From Bizionia paragorgiae (GTDB taxonomy: Bacteria; Bacteroidota; Bacteroidia; Flavobacteriales; Flavobacteriaceae), in assembly GCF_900107625.1 (NCBI RefSeq), contig NZ_FNQK01000024.1:1-26877 (forward strand): DNA of 26,877 nucleotides, in the 5' to 3' direction. Below the pieces are notes generated by a model, which worked only from the letters and a program-made list of their open reading frames with translations, was not told the DNA's origin and ran no database searches. Of this stretch, positions 24,702 to 26,877 are shown piece after piece (position 1 is the stretch's first letter; the number at the start of each line of letters is the position of its first letter). A program made the translations under genes and the position numbers.

Positions 24702-26726
24702 TTAACGGTAAGGAATAGTAATCACAACTCGTGTTCCAGAATTAATTTCAGAATCCAAACGTAAATCACCTTTTATTTCATTCACGCGATCGCGTATATT
24801 TTTTAATCCTATCCCTTTTTTTGTTTTAGAATCATTAAAACCTATTCCGTCATCTTTAATCTCTAAAATAATATTTTTATTTTGCAATACCATACTTACA
24901 GACACCTCCGAAGCTTCTGCATGTTTAAAAACATTTTGCAATGACTCTTGTGTAATACGATATAAATGTATTTTAGTTTTGTTGGATATTTGATCCCAAT
25001 TAATATTATCATCTATAATAATACTCTGTTTTAAACCTATAGCAGACGCTTGTGTACTGACTAGCGACTCTATGATATCGGTAAATTTGGCTTGACTAAT
25101 AAAATCGGTATTTAAATCATGAGACACTTTGCGAATGTCATCCTCAATACTTTTTAATTCTTCGATATACGTACTACGCGATTGGATAGCATCATCCGAT
25201 TTATTTAAATTCAAACTATCTAAACTTAATCGCGTTCCGAACAAACGCCCTAATATTCCATCATGTAATTCTTGAGAGATACGTTTCTTCTCTTGTTCTT
25301 TTGCTTCATGTAATTGTTTTTGCTGCGAAAGCATCAGGTTATAAATTTCTTCGTTGGCTTCCTGTTGTGTTCTAACCATTTCTAACTCCCGCTTACGAGA
25401 TCGGTGTGTTTTAATGGTATAAACAAACAATAAAGTTATAAATAATATAGCGGAGATCAACAACAACCATAATCGCTGTTTAGAAATTATTTCTTTTTCT
25501 TTTTTTATGACATCGGTTTCATAATCTATGCGTGCAAACTTGTTACGTATAAGACGCTCTTTTAACACCAAGCTATCGTTTAATTGTATATGCTCTAACA
25601 AATAGTTTTTAGATTGTCCACCTTCTTCTATTTTAGCCTTGAGTAGTAGTGTCCGTAATATGGATTCGTTGGCATTTTGAGACTTGGCCAGTTCATGAGC
25701 CTTATTAATATAAACCAAAGCAGAATCTTTGTTTCCTTTAGATATTAAATATTCTCCATAATACCGACTAGCGTACATTAATTCCATTAAAAAGCCAGAG
25801 TCTTCGGCAACCTCGATAGACTCCTTAAACCGCGTTTGTATTTCACTATCGTTAGCGTTATTTGGGTCTAGAAACTCACTATAAGCTAAACCTGAAAGCA
25901 CCAAAGAATAGGTACTAGGATCTTCGTATTTAAGGGTCGTGTTTTTTAAAATAGCTCTAAATCGACTCTTAGCCTCTTTAAATTTTCCTTTCCTACGAAA
26001 TAAAATAGCCAAATTGGTTTGAGTATACAATCGTAAACTCTCACTTTGCTTCATTTTTTTAGCATAATCAAGGGCCCTTGAATGGTAATCAATGGCTGTA
26101 TCAAAACGTTCTAACTGTTCAGCTACGATACCCACTAGGTTATGAAGAGACCACAATAAATCGTACACCGAATCGCTTGGGGGCAGTGTTTTTAAAATTT
26201 CAATAGCCCGAATAGCACTAATCTCACTCCCCATAAAATCGCGTTCGCGTTCTTGTATAACCGCAATATTAAGCAATACTGAAGCCTCATTGTGTAAAGC
26301 GCCTTGAGACTGATACAATTTACGCGCTTTTACATAATAAAAATACGAACTATCAAGTACGTTGGTTTCTTGAAAATAATACGCCAGATTATTCGTAGCA
26401 TAAGCCATACGCAACGAATCCTTAATGCGGGATGCCAACATAAGATTTTCTTTGTTAATAGGATAAATAGAATCGATATCTCTATTTATTAGAAATAAGA
26501 AAGACAACACCCTATTACTAGACAAAACGATGCTATCCACTTTCTCCAACCGCGAAAGTTCTATAGCCTTTCGAGCAAACTCAAAACGTTCCGGCATCGG
26601 GTATGAGGCGGTCCTGGCAAGTTTATGGAGGCCGTAAATACTATCCACCATTTTTGCGTCCTTAAATTGCGAAAACCCAAAAACAGGTAGCAATAGGAAA
26701 AGTAATAAGAGTAAAAAGCGCTTCAA
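24702..26726 (-). CDS. Sensor histidine kinase with a TPR-repeat extracytoplasmic domain, single TM, HisKA_3 and HATPase_c domains.
   Basis: A signal peptide (MKRFLLLLLFLLLPVFGFSQ) is followed by ~400 aa of TPR-like helical repeats and a TM helix (LWLLLISAILFITLLFVYTI). A coiled coil leads to the H-box ISQELHDGILGRLFG (HisKA_3). N, G1 and G2 boxes follow (LQNVFKHA, IKDDGIGF, GIGLKNIRDR). The gene sits 21 nt upstream of the response regulator gene. Confidence 0.85.
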   Translation of the reverse strand: MKRFLLLLLFLLLPVFGFSQFKDAKMVDSIYGLHKLARTASYPMPERFEFARKAIELSRLEKVDSIVLSSNRVLSFLFLINRDIDSIYPINKENLMLASRIKDSLRMAYATNNLAYYFQETNVLDSSYFYYVKARKLYQSQGALHNEASVLLNIAVIQERERDFMGSEISAIRAIEILKTLPPSDSVYDLLWSLHNLVGIVAEQLERFDTAIDYHSRALDYAKKMKQSESLRLYTQTNLAILFRRKGKFKEAKSRFRAILKNTTLKYEDPSTYSLVLSGLAYSEFLDPNNANDSEIQTRFKESIEVAEDSGFLMELMYASRYYGEYLISKGNKDSALVYINKAHELAKSQNANESILRTLLLKAKIEEGGQSKNYLLEHIQLNDSLVLKERLIRNKFARIDYETDVIKKEKEIISKQRLWLLLISAILFITLLFVYTIKTHRSRKRELEMVRTQQEANEEIYNLMLSQQKQLHEAKEQEKKRISQELHDGILGRLFGTRLSLDSLNLNKSDDAIQSRSTYIEELKSIEDDIRKVSHDLNTDFISQAKFTDIIESLVSTQASAIGLKQSIIIDDNINWDQISNKTKIHLYRITQESLQNVFKHAEASEVSVSMVLQNKNIILEIKDDGIGFNDSKTKKGIGLKNIRDRVNEIKGDLRLDSEINSGTRVVITIPYR

Positions 26727-26808
26727 TATACTAGTCGTTAATGGCGTGCTACAATGTATAATTTTTAGGAGAAATAAAAGGAAATTATCTCATAAAATAA
26801 AAGGAAAA

Positions 26809-26877
26809 ATGACACTAACCCTTTTATACATTTTGATTTTAACCGTTTGTTGGAACACTTCCTCTTATTTTGTGAGT
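26809..26877 (+). CDS. Possible 5' end of a + strand gene running out of the window (hydrophobic N-terminus MTLTLLYILILTVCWNTSSYFVS).
   Basis: An ATG at 26809 is followed by an open frame to the window end, and the peptide is signal-peptide-like. It is too short to assess. Confidence 0.2.
   Translation, partial: MTLTLLYILILTVCWNTSSYFVS

Noticed and set aside
26304-26492. 62-aa + ORF inside the histidine kinase gene
   Set aside because: Antisense chance ORF inside the TPR-domain coding region.
1-26877. Mobile elements, CRISPR arrays and prophage genes
   Set aside because: I found no transposase, integrase or recombinase ORFs. There are no terminal inverted repeats flanking a block. There are no regularly spaced direct repeats of CRISPR type. 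The only tandem repeats are in-frame coding repeats at 1-250.

Overview
This window reads as a low-GC Bacteroidota (Flavobacteriia-like) chromosomal segment. The calls are: a T9SS C-terminal sorting domain on the first protein, BlaI/BlaR1–TonB-C modules, a TPR-containing HisKA_3 sensor kinase with a LuxR-type response regulator, and a DUF456 protein. I count about 23 protein-coding genes, one tRNA-Leu(TAG), several clear intrinsic terminators, and two candidate operator elements. There is no CRISPR array, IS element, integrase or prophage signature.

The most interesting region is a tightly packed minus-strand cluster at 931..9839. Its gene order is small YbjN-like protein -> PspA/IM30 -> NfeD/YqiJ-like membrane protein -> flotillin (SPFH) -> hairpin -> a giant 1625-aa protein whose only recognisable module is a classical AAA+ ATPase core near its C-terminus. 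The cluster is divergently paired with an XRE-HTH regulator that carries a LexA/S24-like C-terminal fold, and it is bounded by a tRNA-Leu gene. The association of PspA (an ESCRT-III superfamily protein) with SPFH proteins is known (B. subtilis pspA-ydjGHI, E. coli yqiJK). The linkage to a giant AAA+ ATPase and the XRE-S24 regulator looks like an uncharacterised membrane-remodelling or envelope-stress system, possibly with a defence role.

The other content is as follows:
- a 5'-truncated T9SS-secreted surface protein with Cys-containing 27-aa tandem repeats;
- an M20 peptidase;
- two paralogous BlaI/BlaR1(M56)–TonB-C signalling modules with different operator palindromes;
- a PhnA-like protein, an MmcQ/YjbR protein, an ABC ATPase with a tiny membrane partner, a cyclase-family protein, HemW, RuvC, an outer-membrane beta-barrel protein and a DUF456 membrane protein;
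- a TPR-sensor histidine kinase with a LuxR-type response regulator.
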